From Bdellovibrionales bacterium (GTDB lineage Bacteria > Bdellovibrionota > Bdellovibrionia > Bdellovibrionales > UBA1609): 64,000 bases of DNA. Positions 18,869-29,659 of this stretch are shown in pieces (the stretch's first letter is position 1; each line of letters starts with the position of its first letter). Under the pieces are notes generated by a model. That model had not been told where the DNA came from. It searched no databases and was given only the letters and a program-made list of their open reading frames with translations. The position numbers and the translations under genes were made by a program. The stretch spans positions 32,001-96,000 of the forward strand of contig DAHVQG010000002.1 of the NCBI GenBank assembly GCA_027317865.1, given 5' to 3'.

Positions 18869-21388
18869 TTATTCAGATTTCGAAGCCGCATTTGCCGCAC
18901 CCGCCAATGCCGGATTGCTACGCGCGTTTTTTGCACAAACATCGGGGAGCATTGAACGGTAGTAGCCGATTTCGTCCTTCCAGTATTCGCCTTCAAAATG
19001 CCATCTCAAAGTTTTGTCCGGTTTGATGCTGGCGGGAATTCGCTCAGCCCCCTGAACAGCACCACCGCTAACTTGATAACGAATGTTTTGACCGCTACCC
19101 GCGAAAATTTCGTAACGCAAAAATTCATTGCCCGAAAAAATTTGTGTGAGCTGATGATTAATACCTTGCAACTCCGCCGCCAAGTTACTGCCCGCATTGT
19201 ACACCAGATGCATTTTATGTCGTTGTATTTGCGCCAATGCCATGGACTGCATTTTGAGATAGCCGCGACGTGCCTGCTCGTAAAGCTGACCCTCGAATTC
19301 TTGCCGCTGCAAAAGGTGCTTTTCAATTTTCGACTCAGCCAACCATTCGTTAAGATATTTCATGTTTTGCGGAAAGCGCCGGACACTCGCAATTTCGCTT
19401 TTCAGTTTCAGTAAGCGCCCTTCAGTGCGATGAGTACGAAAGGTGAGCCCCGCCTGATCGCGAAGCAGTATTTTATAAACGTACGAATATTGATTCGCCT
19501 CATTTATGAGATTGTTGACGGCATTTTGATCGTTTAAAAAACCGCGGCGGCTAGCGATGTACCGGATCACTTGATACGGCAGACCGTCGACGTTATTTTC
19601 GCTCTTTCCGGTGCGCACGTATTTTTTTATGGTGTCGTAATACGCAAGCGGGTCTTTTCGATCAGCTAAGTAATTTTGAACGTCCGACTGCCATGTGCGA
19701 TACCGTTTTTCCATTAGCGAAAGCGCGTGGTACGCGTCACCATATTGACAGATATCAATATAGCCGATTGTTCGAACAACCCACGATTCAGGTTTATACA
19801 CCAATTTAAAAAACGGCGATTGCAGTGAATACATATTGCCAATCGCGCCGGAATTATCGCCAAGATCGAGTTGCGACCAACCTTGTTCGATGAGCGCCTC
19901 GATCCAGAGCGGGTTATTCTTCGGAACTTTCATGTACTCGTTTTCAGCTAACTGATACCGGCCTTGCATGAAATACATCCGGCCCAAATTCATCGCGATA
20001 AGGCCCTCAAGGTTATTGCTATGATATCCCGTGCGTCTCATCCACGTGCGCAAGCGGACCAAGACACTTTCCGCTTTTTTAACCCGCTTCGAAGCATAGA
20101 GACCGATCGCACGTAAGTATTGGGCGTCAGCATAGTACGGACTTTTTTGCGTCACCGCACTCGCAGTCTCTACCGCCTTTTCGAATTCTCCGTTTTCATC
20201 TTCATAACGGGCAAGCACAAAATCAACATTGTCTTTTGCCGACGGCGGGATAAGCGAAGGGTTTTTTAGATTTTGTAGTACTGGTCCAACGGAATCATCA
20301 AATTCGCGCGGTAAATGATTTGCTAAATCGGCAATTGCTGTTGGAGCGTATTCAGGATTTTCTGACCGAACAACATTTAGAAGACGCGACACTTCTTCTG
20401 TATAAAAGCCCATCTTATATGCGCAGATTCCAAGATCGTAATTGGCTTCTTCAGAAAATTCCGGCTTTGTCGCCAAATCGGTCAATAGCCCACTGACGAT
20501 GTGACACTTGTTGCCCTTTTGAAAATATATTGCCGCTGCAAGCATAGTGAGCTCATCGGGGGAAAAGGGTTTGACCGGCTTGAGCGCCGAGAGCGGTTTT
20601 GTTGGCAGCATTGCAAGACTAACGGCGTCGATACGCTTTTTTGTCACCATCTCACCTATTTTTAATCCGCCACGCATTGGTGATCTTGCGGCCGTCACAT
20701 TGGCCAGTTTTCGTTGGACAATTTTTCTTGTTGCCACCCAAGACGGCATCGGCGGTGATGGTAATTTCTTTATGATTTTCTTTCTACTTAAAGCAACAAC
20801 AAGATTTGTTGGCAAAAGTTCAGCGGCAGAAATGCTCTTTTCTCTGCCGATATCAAGCTTTGGAATGTTTTTTACTCGGATTACAATACGGCGGCGATTT
20901 TTCTGAACGACGTGTTGAAATGAAAAAACCGGAACGCCACTTTCGGTTTTCGGCAAAGCCGTTGTACCGGGCCTTGCCGGCGAAACGACTTGAATTGCGC
21001 TTTGTTTTGTTATTTTTTTTGTTTGCTTGATAATTTGCGAAAATTCCTTTTGTGCAGGCGTCAATTGCGGCGCCGCCTTTGCCTTCGATATCGACGCCGG
21101 CATTCTTGAGTTTGCCACCTTTGTTGCATAGGCGGTGCGAAACGTTTGCCATTTTCTTTGAAGTCTTGCTTCCCACTTATTTGCGGCTTGTTTTGCCTCA
21201 AGCTTCAAATTTTGCCACTTAGCCTTCCAGCCCGAAACAGCAACGGTCTGAACACGGGCTGGTGTTGGATTGTAAAAAGCCGATTCAATGGGCCGCCCGT
21301 TCGCAGATGAGCCGGCAAATAAGACGCCCGTCAAGGTACACGCAATACCTATGAGCGATAAAATTTTTATAGATTTATTTGCTCTCAC
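18869..21388 (-). CDS. GltC-like periplasmic TPR protein
   Basis: GTG start after GAGGAG, signal peptide, TPRs, C-terminal WHFEGEYWKDEIGYY...C motif typical of GltC-family proteins. Confidence 0.75.
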   Translation of the reverse strand: MRANKSIKILSLIGIACTLTGVLFAGSSANGRPIESAFYNPTPARVQTVAVSGWKAKWQNLKLEAKQAANKWEARLQRKWQTFRTAYATKVANSRMPASISKAKAAPQLTPAQKEFSQIIKQTKKITKQSAIQVVSPARPGTTALPKTESGVPVFSFQHVVQKNRRRIVIRVKNIPKLDIGREKSISAAELLPTNLVVALSRKKIIKKLPSPPMPSWVATRKIVQRKLANVTAARSPMRGGLKIGEMVTKKRIDAVSLAMLPTKPLSALKPVKPFSPDELTMLAAAIYFQKGNKCHIVSGLLTDLATKPEFSEEANYDLGICAYKMGFYTEEVSRLLNVVRSENPEYAPTAIADLANHLPREFDDSVGPVLQNLKNPSLIPPSAKDNVDFVLARYEDENGEFEKAVETASAVTQKSPYYADAQYLRAIGLYASKRVKKAESVLVRLRTWMRRTGYHSNNLEGLIAMNLGRMYFMQGRYQLAENEYMKVPKNNPLWIEALIEQGWSQLDLGDNSGAIGNMYSLQSPFFKLVYKPESWVVRTIGYIDICQYGDAYHALSLMEKRYRTWQSDVQNYLADRKDPLAYYDTIKKYVRTGKSENNVDGLPYQVIRYIASRRGFLNDQNAVNNLINEANQYSYVYKILLRDQAGLTFRTHRTEGRLLKLKSEIASVRRFPQNMKYLNEWLAESKIEKHLLQRQEFEGQLYEQARRGYLKMQSMALAQIQRHKMHLVYNAGSNLAAELQGINHQLTQIFSGNEFLRYEIFAGSGQNIRYQVSGGAVQGAERIPASIKPDKTLRWHFEGEYWKDEIGYYRSMLPDVCAKNARSNPALAGAANAASKSE

Positions 21389-21437
21389 AATACACTCCTC
21401 AAGCCAAGCGGCAACGGTCAAGCCGTCTCAGGCTTCT

Positions 21438-22319
21438 TTAAAAGAAATACGTGACCCCCATCAGAAAGTTCGTGGTATTACCGGTGTTACTTCTTTCAAG
21501 AACTCCGGGCGGGTCGCTTGGATTCAAAACGTTACCATAAGAAACGATATCTTGTTGAAAGTAACGATTTTGCAAATCAGCCTGAATGGCAAAATGCTTT
21601 GAAAAATAAAAGTACTGAACGATATCGAATCCATAAGCAAAACTATTTTTGATTGGGCTTTTAACTGCTGCATCTTCAAGCTGTTTATAAGTCTCAATTC
21701 CAATGAAGGGCGTAAATTGCATATCTAAATAAATGATTTTCATCCCGAGAACGCTCATCTTTGCATAAAACGGTACCCAGTTGAAACCAACGCCGACAAA
21801 ATTCATATCCCGGTTAAAGTCAGGACGGATGTGATTGTATTGATTATAAAAATCAGTTGTTGTTTGACTGTCACGTAAATCAGCCTTGTCATCGAAAAGC
21901 TCTACGCCGTAGCGCTCACTGAAATAGTAATTCAATTTCATTTCATAGTTGTATCCGGTATTGTACGGATCGTTTATGATCGGGCCGACCAGCATCGAAA
22001 GAGCAAATTTTTTGGCTTTTGTGTATTTACGATTTTCAACAACGCTAAAATCGGTATCCTTTGCTGACCAATATTTCTTTTCAAGCGACCCCATGTTGAG
22101 TTGATCGCTTGATTGACTCGCGCTTGTCGGCTTGGCCTGTTTTTTGGCCGCGACCTTTTTTGCCGATTTGGCTTTAGCCGGGCTGTGATGCTGCTGATAT
22201 TCTGACGTTTGCGCCCATGCGAAACTTGACCCCAAAGATAGGCCCAATATTGCCGCTGCCGTGGCCACTAAGATGCACCCTAAGCTGTATACTGATTTTG
22301 TTTTCTCTGATGTTTTCAT
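21438..22319 (-). CDS. Outer-membrane beta-barrel protein (GltA/B/H-like)
   Basis: Signal peptide, VVENRKYTK, WVPFYAKMS, C-terminal GVTYFF, operon context. Confidence 0.8.
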   Translation of the reverse strand: MKTSEKTKSVYSLGCILVATAAAILGLSLGSSFAWAQTSEYQQHHSPAKAKSAKKVAAKKQAKPTSASQSSDQLNMGSLEKKYWSAKDTDFSVVENRKYTKAKKFALSMLVGPIINDPYNTGYNYEMKLNYYFSERYGVELFDDKADLRDSQTTTDFYNQYNHIRPDFNRDMNFVGVGFNWVPFYAKMSVLGMKIIYLDMQFTPFIGIETYKQLEDAAVKSPIKNSFAYGFDIVQYFYFSKHFAIQADLQNRYFQQDIVSYGNVLNPSDPPGVLERSNTGNTTNFLMGVTYFF

Positions 22320-22368
22320 ATTGCCCCTCCGCGCAACTGAGCCGTCGCTTTTCGAAGCTCTTCGCGCT

Positions 22369-23898
22369 TTAATTAATCGCCTTAAACATGAACGGATACG
22401 TTACAAACACTTTCGTTCCACCTTTCGGCCTCGGAAATTGCCAAGTCACAAGCCGTCGTAAAATGCACCCTTCAACCATTGCATTTTGCAATGTTGAAAT
22501 TCCTATGCGAGGATTAATAACCGAACCTGAGGCATCGATTACAAATTTCACCTGCATCTTGCCGTATAAGTTGGGATCAGCACTTAATTCTCGTTCGTAA
22601 CAATAGCGAATCTCACCCAAGTGACTATTAATCACGGCCGCGATCACGTCTTTGTCGAGACCGCCTTCGACTTTCGTTTCTTCAGTTAAAATTCCAACCG
22701 TACCGGAGCCGGCGCCACCAGAAGCAAGACCACCAAGACCGGCGATGCTGCGGCCACCGCCAAGCCCCGCCGTACCAACACCCTGAACGTTGAACGTTCC
22801 GCCGCTGCGGCCGACATTGGTATGAATACCTTGCAAACTCCCAATAGAGTCAAAAGTCGTAGATGCTGGGCCTGTATTCGCGTCGTCAGCAATTTTACCA
22901 AATCCGGCAATTTTTGGCCCGTTAATATCCGCACGCTTGGCGATTTTGCCAAGCAATGCACCGAGCGCCCCCGAATTTAAATTTTTAACAATTTTCAGTG
23001 CTGGAGCCATTCTATGAAACTGAACCGGTGCACGAACTGAATTTGCCGCTGGAGCTGGTGCGTGGCTGAGAAAAACTTTTCGCATCGCACTTGCCTGCTC
23101 GCGCACCTGCCGCATCAATTTCGCGTCAAAAACCATACGCGTATATTGATCATCCGGTTTGATTTCATGAAGCGCGTCGTTCGGCCGCTTCGGTACCGCG
23201 ATGATCAATCCAATCAACAATAAAATAAAAACAATTGCCGTTATAAACGGCACACGCGTATCAGAGCTCGTCAACAGGGTCTTCCAACCACCTTCGTGAA
23301 AATTCATCACGTTTGTTTTCACAAGCCGCTGGACAATACGATAGGGGCCAAAATTTTTTTCAACTACTCCGTTCCCGTCGGGAGCGGCCAATAATTCGGC
23401 TCGACCGCCAAATTCAAAGCGAAAGCTTTGCCGTGGCGAAAGCAGCTCCGTCCGCACAAGCTGTTCGCCTTTCATCACGATCACTTGGTGAAAAAGCTGA
23501 GTTTTGCTGAGGCTCTCGTTATGCGATTGCGCTCCGACAGACGAAGGGCTCGCTATTTCGCTTTCGACCTTTGAAAATACCGACTTTTCAATATGTCTCG
23601 GTATGAGCTTAAGAGTGTGACCGCCAATAATAATCGTGGTTGGTTCACGAACAGATTCAAAGACAAGCGGGTTTTTATCAAGCCATGTTCCACTAGAGCT
23701 GCCCGCGTCGCTGATGGTCCAAGAGTCACCTTGGCACTCAATGTACGCGTGAATGTCGCCGACATCATCTCCCATAAGCCGGACATCGGCTGTCCGCCCT
23801 CGGCCAAGAACCCGAGTACGACGGCTCGATCGAAAGCGATGGCGCCCGACAAACTTGCCTTTATAAATATGTTCTACTTCGAGATCAGTTCGCTTCAT
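22369..23898 (-). CDS. GltG/PglI-like protein: FHA-like domain, TM, TonB-C-like (AgmX/PglI C-terminal) domain
   Basis: VLGRGRTADVRL FHA-like start, one TM, Gly-rich linker, GGLDKDVI...IRYCYERELSADPNLYG...FPRPKGG...VTYPF. Confidence 0.85.
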   Translation of the reverse strand: MKRTDLEVEHIYKGKFVGRHRFRSSRRTRVLGRGRTADVRLMGDDVGDIHAYIECQGDSWTISDAGSSSGTWLDKNPLVFESVREPTTIIIGGHTLKLIPRHIEKSVFSKVESEIASPSSVGAQSHNESLSKTQLFHQVIVMKGEQLVRTELLSPRQSFRFEFGGRAELLAAPDGNGVVEKNFGPYRIVQRLVKTNVMNFHEGGWKTLLTSSDTRVPFITAIVFILLLIGLIIAVPKRPNDALHEIKPDDQYTRMVFDAKLMRQVREQASAMRKVFLSHAPAPAANSVRAPVQFHRMAPALKIVKNLNSGALGALLGKIAKRADINGPKIAGFGKIADDANTGPASTTFDSIGSLQGIHTNVGRSGGTFNVQGVGTAGLGGGRSIAGLGGLASGGAGSGTVGILTEETKVEGGLDKDVIAAVINSHLGEIRYCYERELSADPNLYGKMQVKFVIDASGSVINPRIGISTLQNAMVEGCILRRLVTWQFPRPKGGTKVFVTYPFMFKAIN

Positions 23899-23912
23899 TC
23901 GTTTACCTCAAA

Positions 23913-24179
23913 TCACTTCAAATATCCGACTGAGTTCTTTATGGCGTGATCAAAGTTCAAATTCACGTGGTACAACGGCAAAAACTTAACTGCGCGCCTT
24001 TGATTTACATAGGCGCCGTCTGGTGATCGTGCGACACCGTTCACATCAGTAGCGTCAAAGTCGACGCTTTCGGTTCGTCGGTACACGGTACGGACCCGGA
24101 CTTTCGGTTTTGCATTGGCCGCGCTCGCGAAGACAGTCAGTACGCACGCAGCAGCGAATAAAATTAAATTTGTTTTCAT
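23913..24179 (-). CDS. GltF/CglF-like small exported protein
   Basis: Signal peptide, VDFDATDVNG...PDGAY...F..L...NFDHAIKNS pattern, positioned between the GltE-like and GltG-like genes. Confidence 0.75.
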   Translation of the reverse strand: MKTNLILFAAACVLTVFASAANAKPKVRVRTVYRRTESVDFDATDVNGVARSPDGAYVNQRRAVKFLPLYHVNLNFDHAIKNSVGYLK

Positions 24180-25099
24180 GTGGAGCCTCCCTGAGGAGTG
24201 TGGGGCGTTTTTGTTGCCGGCTCTGTTGCTTTTTTCAACTCACTGATTTTTCGGTCGAGGTTTACGTCAATTTGATTTGCCGGCACGCGACTATTTTCGA
24301 CTAGTTCTTGCACTCTTTCGTAAGCGTTTAAGGCTGCCTTTTCATTTTTCGAAGCTTCGTAGAGATGAGCCAAACGCAATTGATATTGCAAATTATCCGG
24401 GTTGATATTTACGGCGTGTTGATAAGCCTCGGTCGCATCTGCGGTCTCATGCTGCAAAACGTAGATTTCGCCTAGATTTGCCCACGCGGCACTGTTTCTT
24501 GGTTCATACGCAATCACGTCTTTAAGTTGAACAATAGCGTGGCTGTAATTTTGATCGCGCTCATTTAACTCAGCGAGATAAAGGTGCGCGTCAACAAGCT
24601 CCGGAGACTCTTGAGCCGCCGAGCGAAACGCTTGATTGGCTAATGCGAGATTGCCCATTGCAAGCAGCACTCGCCCGCGCTGGTAAGTAAGTAAACCCAC
24701 GTTGGGAGCCTTTTTTAGCGCAAGCTCAATCATCCACAACGACTGCGAATATTGTTTACGATCAAGTGCTGAAAGACTTAAATAAAAAGCTCCCCAAGGT
24801 TTATTCGAAAATCGGCGCGCAAGCACGTTGCCAATTTGTTGAAGGCGGGTAACGCGATGAAATTGCTCGCAAGCATTGGCCGCCCGAATGAGAGTAGCCA
24901 TTCTGTCGCTTTGCCATCCGAGCCGCGTTTCAGGACACTCTCTATATTTGAGCCCCGTTTCGTGTCTCAGTGAAATAAGCTTCAACGAATAATTTTTATC
25001 AACCAAATTGCCGTACTGGGAACTTGCGCATCCCGCTAGCATTGCGCCTAAAAGTGCAACCGCGAACATCCGGTGGGGTTTTGCATAAAGCGTTTTCAT
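24176..25099 (-). CDS. GltE/AglT-like TPR lipoprotein
   Basis: Lipobox LAGC, TPR repeats, ATGA overlaps with both neighbours. Confidence 0.8.
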   Translation of the reverse strand: MKTLYAKPHRMFAVALLGAMLAGCASSQYGNLVDKNYSLKLISLRHETGLKYRECPETRLGWQSDRMATLIRAANACEQFHRVTRLQQIGNVLARRFSNKPWGAFYLSLSALDRKQYSQSLWMIELALKKAPNVGLLTYQRGRVLLAMGNLALANQAFRSAAQESPELVDAHLYLAELNERDQNYSHAIVQLKDVIAYEPRNSAAWANLGEIYVLQHETADATEAYQHAVNINPDNLQYQLRLAHLYEASKNEKAALNAYERVQELVENSRVPANQIDVNLDRKISELKKATEPATKTPHTPQGGST

Positions 25100-28000
25100 G
25101 TGCCCACCTTTTTTACAAGAAGCGGCAGCACCGCGACCGGCGAAGTAAACTGGAACTTATTACTGTTAGCCGGCACGGGCTGGTGCAGGTTATTCAATTC
25201 GCTCCGCAAACTTGCGATTAATTTGTCGCCCAAATTAAATTCTTTCGCCGCCTTGTATGCTTGCAACTTCGCATCGACCCCTTTTTCTTCCATCGGGATT
25301 GAAAGTTTCAACATTTGATCGCGAAAAACTGAAACCTCATTCGCTGGCAACCCCGACGGAACCGGCATATTATCCAAATCATTGCTGTAACTGAGATAGC
25401 AATCCCCGAGTTCGCTCATTGCTTCAACCGTAACTTTTGGGTCGCCAAAACGTTCAGCCGCTTGATAGGCAATTTGCGCTTTGCTTAGCTTTTCCGTTTT
25501 CAAAACTAGAACCATTTGAATGCGACTCAGGTGCGATTTAAGACTTTGCTGTTTGAATTCCTTCGCCAGAATGCGCGCTTGAATGAGCCGGGCGCGGGCG
25601 AGGGCCGACGCATCGGCTCCGTCCCTTTCTTCTGACATAACCTCTTCTGCTAAACGAAAGGCCTTTTTGTCATTACCAGAGCGGTAGGCTTTTTCGACAA
25701 AATGAACTTGCGCAAGGCTTGCTTCTGGTTGCACACCCAAACGGATTAAGTCGCGCAATACTTTCTCGTGATATCGCGGATTTTCATCGTTGCGGCTGAG
25801 CTGGATGAGTGCGTTGAGAGCCTCCACTGCCGTTTTTTGAACGGGAGACTTACGAAGTGAGTCGTAAATTTTCCGCGACTCTGCGACATTGCCGTCCAAC
25901 GAATCAAAATTTGCAGTCAATAACAACCATTTGTCTTTTAACTTTGGATCGGCACTGGCCAGTTTCATTGATACGCGGGCCGCGTCTTTAACCTGTGCCA
26001 TCGACTCGTACGACTGATCCGCTTTGATTAACGCGTCTAAACCTTCTTTGGTGTTGGGATATTTTTCAAAGTAGTGGACCGCCGCCGCGGCACCGGCTTC
26101 AACATCGCCGCGTTGGTAATTGAGTTGCATCGCATTCCACAGAGCCTTTTTTGCGAGCTTTGAGTTCGGGTTGAGTTTTGCAAACTGTTGGTACGCAAGA
26201 ACGGCATGTTGTAAATTGCCGTGTTTCACGTAGCCTTGAACAATTAAAAAATACGTTTGCTCGTAGATTTTATTAAGTTTTGCGTACCGAGCTTTGTCAT
26301 GGCACTCGTTACGCAATTTTAAAGCGTAAGCGCGCAGCGTCCGGTAATCCTTTTTGATATTGAGTATATCTAAATAAAGATCTTGTGCCTTTCGCCCTTT
26401 TTCAGCGCTTGCATATTTTTGCCCGATCGCTTTAAAAATTCGTTCGGCGTCGCTGTACTGATGTTTTTTATATGCAATAAACCCGACTTCAAATCGAACA
26501 TCCAAAACATATTTACCGTGCGGGTCTTTAGTTAAATAATCGTTTGCAAGCTTTTTGAATTGTGCTTCGTCCGCGTCACTCCAAATGTGTTTGACTGCTT
26601 TTTGCAATGCTGTGAGCGCAAAATACCTCGCCTCATGACCCATTTTTTTATCCGTCGTTTGCCGGCCGACGATGGCGTACTGTCGGCTCGATTGTCGAAA
26701 TTGATTGCGTTTATACAAGGTGCTTGCGTAAACAAAACGCGCGCGATTGGATTGCGGCGAGTTCGGAGTCGCCCTTAAATAGAGAGCAAATGCTTTTTCG
26801 GCGTCATCGGCAAATTTGGTCTCCTTGGGTTGACTGTTCCATTTTTTAAGCCACTTGTTGGCAAATCCGAGGGCCATCTTGTTAAAGGCGCGACGGCATA
26901 ATTGAGGCGATGTCAATCGTGCCTCAGGGGCGGCACTGCTACCCTTCGGCCCATTAAAATTTGAATCCACAAATTCTTGCGCAAGAAGATTTGTGGGATC
27001 CATAGCTGAACCCGGTTTTTGATTTTCTGCCCAGTCACTTTGCGGATCACAGGTTTTATCGAGCCGGCCCAACAGGTCGACAACCTTCGAGTAGTGATTT
27101 AAATTCTCAGACGCGTTCATCATGTAGACGTAGGCCAGCGGCACAACTTCTGAGTGTGGCCGCTCTTCGATAAAATCACTCAATAGTGTGATGACGGACT
27201 TGTCACGACCGTGGCGTTTGTAAAGCTCCGCCAGTCGCATGATTACGGGACCAACAGGCAAATCTCCGGCTTCGCGCGATAGGTAAGCATAGGCACCGCT
27301 AGGCGGGCGCGCTCCCTCATAAAACAAAGCTAAATCAAAAAGCGCTTCGCGCCGCAAATCAAGCCGTGCATCAATATGATGTTTTTCAACATAAACGCCG
27401 TATTTAATTACCGCTTCAAGTTCATGAATCGCGGACTTTGTATCGCGCAAGTTATAGTAGGCCCAAGCCGCTTTGTAGATACCATACGGGTATACCGTCG
27501 AATCAGGGAACTTTTTGATTGCCAAATAATGCTTAAGCGCGCCCGTAAAATCTTGCCGTTGAAAATCGATTTCACCTAAGGCAAGATGGGCATCCGGCAA
27601 CAGATCTGAATTTTGAAAATCGCTTACTAATTGCCTGTACAACCTCTCGGCTGTGCCATTGTCGCCGATTTGCTGGTAAGAAAATGCGTCGTTGAACATA
27701 ACAAGGTCGAGGCGGCCATAATTTGGAAATTTATGTATTATTAAATTATAAACGTGAATCGCTTGCTCAAGCCGCCGTTTGGAATTGGCCGTCTTCACAA
27801 TTTCCGGCACGAAACGAACAATATTTTTTGAATCGCGATGCATTTCAAAAAACTGGTCCGCCTTCGAGCGCCGCACATAGAGTTCAGCGAGGCGAAAATC
27901 AAGTTCCGGTTCAAGCGCCGTACCACGATACTTCGCAATCAATCTTTTGATTTGCTGGATGGCCCTTCGTTCGGAATACTTGATCAGTAATTCCGCCTTC

Positions 28001-28164
28001 AGGGAGCGAATTTGGTTGCTCTTGTACTGACCTGGTTTCATTTGCAACGAATTCAACGGATTTTCGGGGACCGACCCGGCTAAACACGGCGACGCCGCAA
28101 CAACGCCTGCCAGAAAGGCCACCGCAACAAAGCAAAGATAAGAAGTCCGCCGCAATTCGTTCAT
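25096..28164 (-). CDS. GltD/AgmU-like large TPR protein
   Basis: Signal peptide, FRLAELY, many TPRs, YGIYKAAWAYYNL, 1022 aa, operon context. Confidence 0.8.
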   Translation of the reverse strand: MNELRRTSYLCFVAVAFLAGVVAASPCLAGSVPENPLNSLQMKPGQYKSNQIRSLKAELLIKYSERRAIQQIKRLIAKYRGTALEPELDFRLAELYVRRSKADQFFEMHRDSKNIVRFVPEIVKTANSKRRLEQAIHVYNLIIHKFPNYGRLDLVMFNDAFSYQQIGDNGTAERLYRQLVSDFQNSDLLPDAHLALGEIDFQRQDFTGALKHYLAIKKFPDSTVYPYGIYKAAWAYYNLRDTKSAIHELEAVIKYGVYVEKHHIDARLDLRREALFDLALFYEGARPPSGAYAYLSREAGDLPVGPVIMRLAELYKRHGRDKSVITLLSDFIEERPHSEVVPLAYVYMMNASENLNHYSKVVDLLGRLDKTCDPQSDWAENQKPGSAMDPTNLLAQEFVDSNFNGPKGSSAAPEARLTSPQLCRRAFNKMALGFANKWLKKWNSQPKETKFADDAEKAFALYLRATPNSPQSNRARFVYASTLYKRNQFRQSSRQYAIVGRQTTDKKMGHEARYFALTALQKAVKHIWSDADEAQFKKLANDYLTKDPHGKYVLDVRFEVGFIAYKKHQYSDAERIFKAIGQKYASAEKGRKAQDLYLDILNIKKDYRTLRAYALKLRNECHDKARYAKLNKIYEQTYFLIVQGYVKHGNLQHAVLAYQQFAKLNPNSKLAKKALWNAMQLNYQRGDVEAGAAAAVHYFEKYPNTKEGLDALIKADQSYESMAQVKDAARVSMKLASADPKLKDKWLLLTANFDSLDGNVAESRKIYDSLRKSPVQKTAVEALNALIQLSRNDENPRYHEKVLRDLIRLGVQPEASLAQVHFVEKAYRSGNDKKAFRLAEEVMSEERDGADASALARARLIQARILAKEFKQQSLKSHLSRIQMVLVLKTEKLSKAQIAYQAAERFGDPKVTVEAMSELGDCYLSYSNDLDNMPVPSGLPANEVSVFRDQMLKLSIPMEEKGVDAKLQAYKAAKEFNLGDKLIASLRSELNNLHQPVPANSNKFQFTSPVAVLPLLVKKVGT

Positions 28165-28174
28165 AAAATCAAAT

Positions 28175-28990
28175 TCATCCCGCCTTGGTAAAACTCTTTA
28201 AAAATTTTTGCGTTTCGTCGCTTAGCGATTTAAATTTCATCCCGTAGCGAATCGGCATGTTGCGATGACGTAAATCGCTTACGAACTCTTTACTCACAAC
28301 TTGGCAAACGGCGTTGAAAGGCGGCACACCGTCGCCGGGTTTAAAATGCAGATAAAGTTCTTGCCCCGGCAGAATCATTGCGTTCTCCATTACAACACCG
28401 GCACCGCCCTCGCTGATTTCAAGGGCCTTGCCCTTCCAAACCTTTTTGTTGTCGTGAACCAGAATTGTGCCGCCGTAAGCGACCCGCCGAAAGCGTCGGC
28501 GAAAAAACACATCGCTCAACTCAGGCATTGAATCTTTGAGTTTTTTCAATTCCTCTTTGCCGAAATCCGGCAGTTCGGCAATCCGCATCCAGGTATCCAG
28601 GGCCGCATGCCAGGCAAAATCAAATTCAAAAACCGCGCCCTGTTGAAGCATTTTTATAACGTCGATATAAGTAAACGGTCCGAATTTATTGTCGCCTTTC
28701 AAAATAAACCATTCATTGGGCCGCGAATCTTTTGATTGCTCCGGCTGCGGTTGCGACTCGGGCTGCGGCGTTATGTGCTCTTGCTGTTTCGGCGGCGCCT
28801 TTGGTTTTAACGACTTGATTTTTTCAGAAAGCTGCGGGTAATCGAGAAACAAAATCCAGTCGTTGTTTTCTTCGACGTAAATGTAATCGAGCGGCGAAAG
28901 CGTACTGTCCGCTACAAAATGTACAATCTCGTCAATCGAATATGGTCCCATTTGCTGGGATGAGTGCGAGACATAAAATTTTTCTTGCAT
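28175..28990 (-). CDS. Tandem GYF_2 (DUF4339)-PilZ protein
   Basis: Two GYF_2-like repeats (QQMGPYS..., NKFGPFT...W...W), then RRRFRR and EISEGG PilZ motifs. Confidence 0.85.
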   Translation of the reverse strand: MQEKFYVSHSSQQMGPYSIDEIVHFVADSTLSPLDYIYVEENNDWILFLDYPQLSEKIKSLKPKAPPKQQEHITPQPESQPQPEQSKDSRPNEWFILKGDNKFGPFTYIDVIKMLQQGAVFEFDFAWHAALDTWMRIAELPDFGKEELKKLKDSMPELSDVFFRRRFRRVAYGGTILVHDNKKVWKGKALEISEGGAGVVMENAMILPGQELYLHFKPGDGVPPFNAVCQVVSKEFVSDLRHRNMPIRYGMKFKSLSDETQKFLKSFTKAG

Positions 28991-29024
28991 GAGTTATTTT
29001 GCCTCCGACAGTTATCCGATCTAT

Positions 29025-29052
29025 TTATCGGGATCTTTGCCACTTGGCTAAA
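29025..29052 (-). promoter_or_regulatory. Putative sigma-28 promoter for GYF_2-PilZ and the glt-like genes
   Basis: Minus strand TTTAG-N15-CCCGATAA. Confidence 0.6.
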
Positions 29053-29055
29053 GAC

Positions 29056-29078
29056 TCATTCGTGTAACACACGAATGA
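29056..29078. repeat. Perfect inverted repeat (terminator or operator) between the motor genes and the internal promoter
   Basis: TCATTCGTGT-aac-ACACGAATGA. A second imperfect inverted repeat, CGTTAAAAC..GTTTTTAACG, follows. Confidence 0.5.
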
Positions 29079-29146
29079 AAAAGTTCGTTAAAACGTCGAA
29101 GTTTTTAACGGATCACGTTGAGAAATAGCGCTGGACAAAAGTATTA

Positions 29147-29656
29147 TTATTTACTCATAACGGCGAATTTGACGTTGGCGTACCCAACGAGCATCGCGGT
29201 GTATAAAACCTTTTGAAGGGTCGAGTAAGGCAAATCTTTGTCGACCTCCATAAAAATTCGGCCGTTGAAGTTTACGGTGTTGTTAACCTTGGCTAGATTT
29301 TTGACCTGATCGGCCTTCTTATCGAGCGCATTGTATAACGATCGAATAAAAGAAGGATCGCGGGGGTCGATATCGCTTGCCGCAATTTGACCATTGTTGA
29401 TTGCGGCCACCTGCTTTCCGCCGACGAAAACTCCCTGCTTTGAAACAATAAGTTTCAGAGTGTCAATTGGATCAATCGAAGAAGTCGACGCCGGAAGACG
29501 CAACAATTTATTGGGCGTGATATTCACAGGGCTGGTGGAATAGCTTTTAAGAAGAAAAACAAGCAAGATGATGAACATATCCACCATCGAGGTAATTTGA
29601 ATTTTAAAACCCGAGCTGCGGTTATCGAGGTATCTTTTAAACCCGCCGTGTTTCAT
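29147..29656 (-). CDS. ExbD/TolR-family motor subunit (AglS-like)
   Basis: IQITSMVDMFIILLVFLLKSYS TM with the conserved Asp; DKDLPYSTLQKVLYTA. Confidence 0.88.
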   Translation of the reverse strand: MKHGGFKRYLDNRSSGFKIQITSMVDMFIILLVFLLKSYSTSPVNITPNKLLRLPASTSSIDPIDTLKLIVSKQGVFVGGKQVAAINNGQIAASDIDPRDPSFIRSLYNALDKKADQVKNLAKVNNTVNFNGRIFMEVDKDLPYSTLQKVLYTAMLVGYANVKFAVMSK

Positions 29657-29659
29657 CGC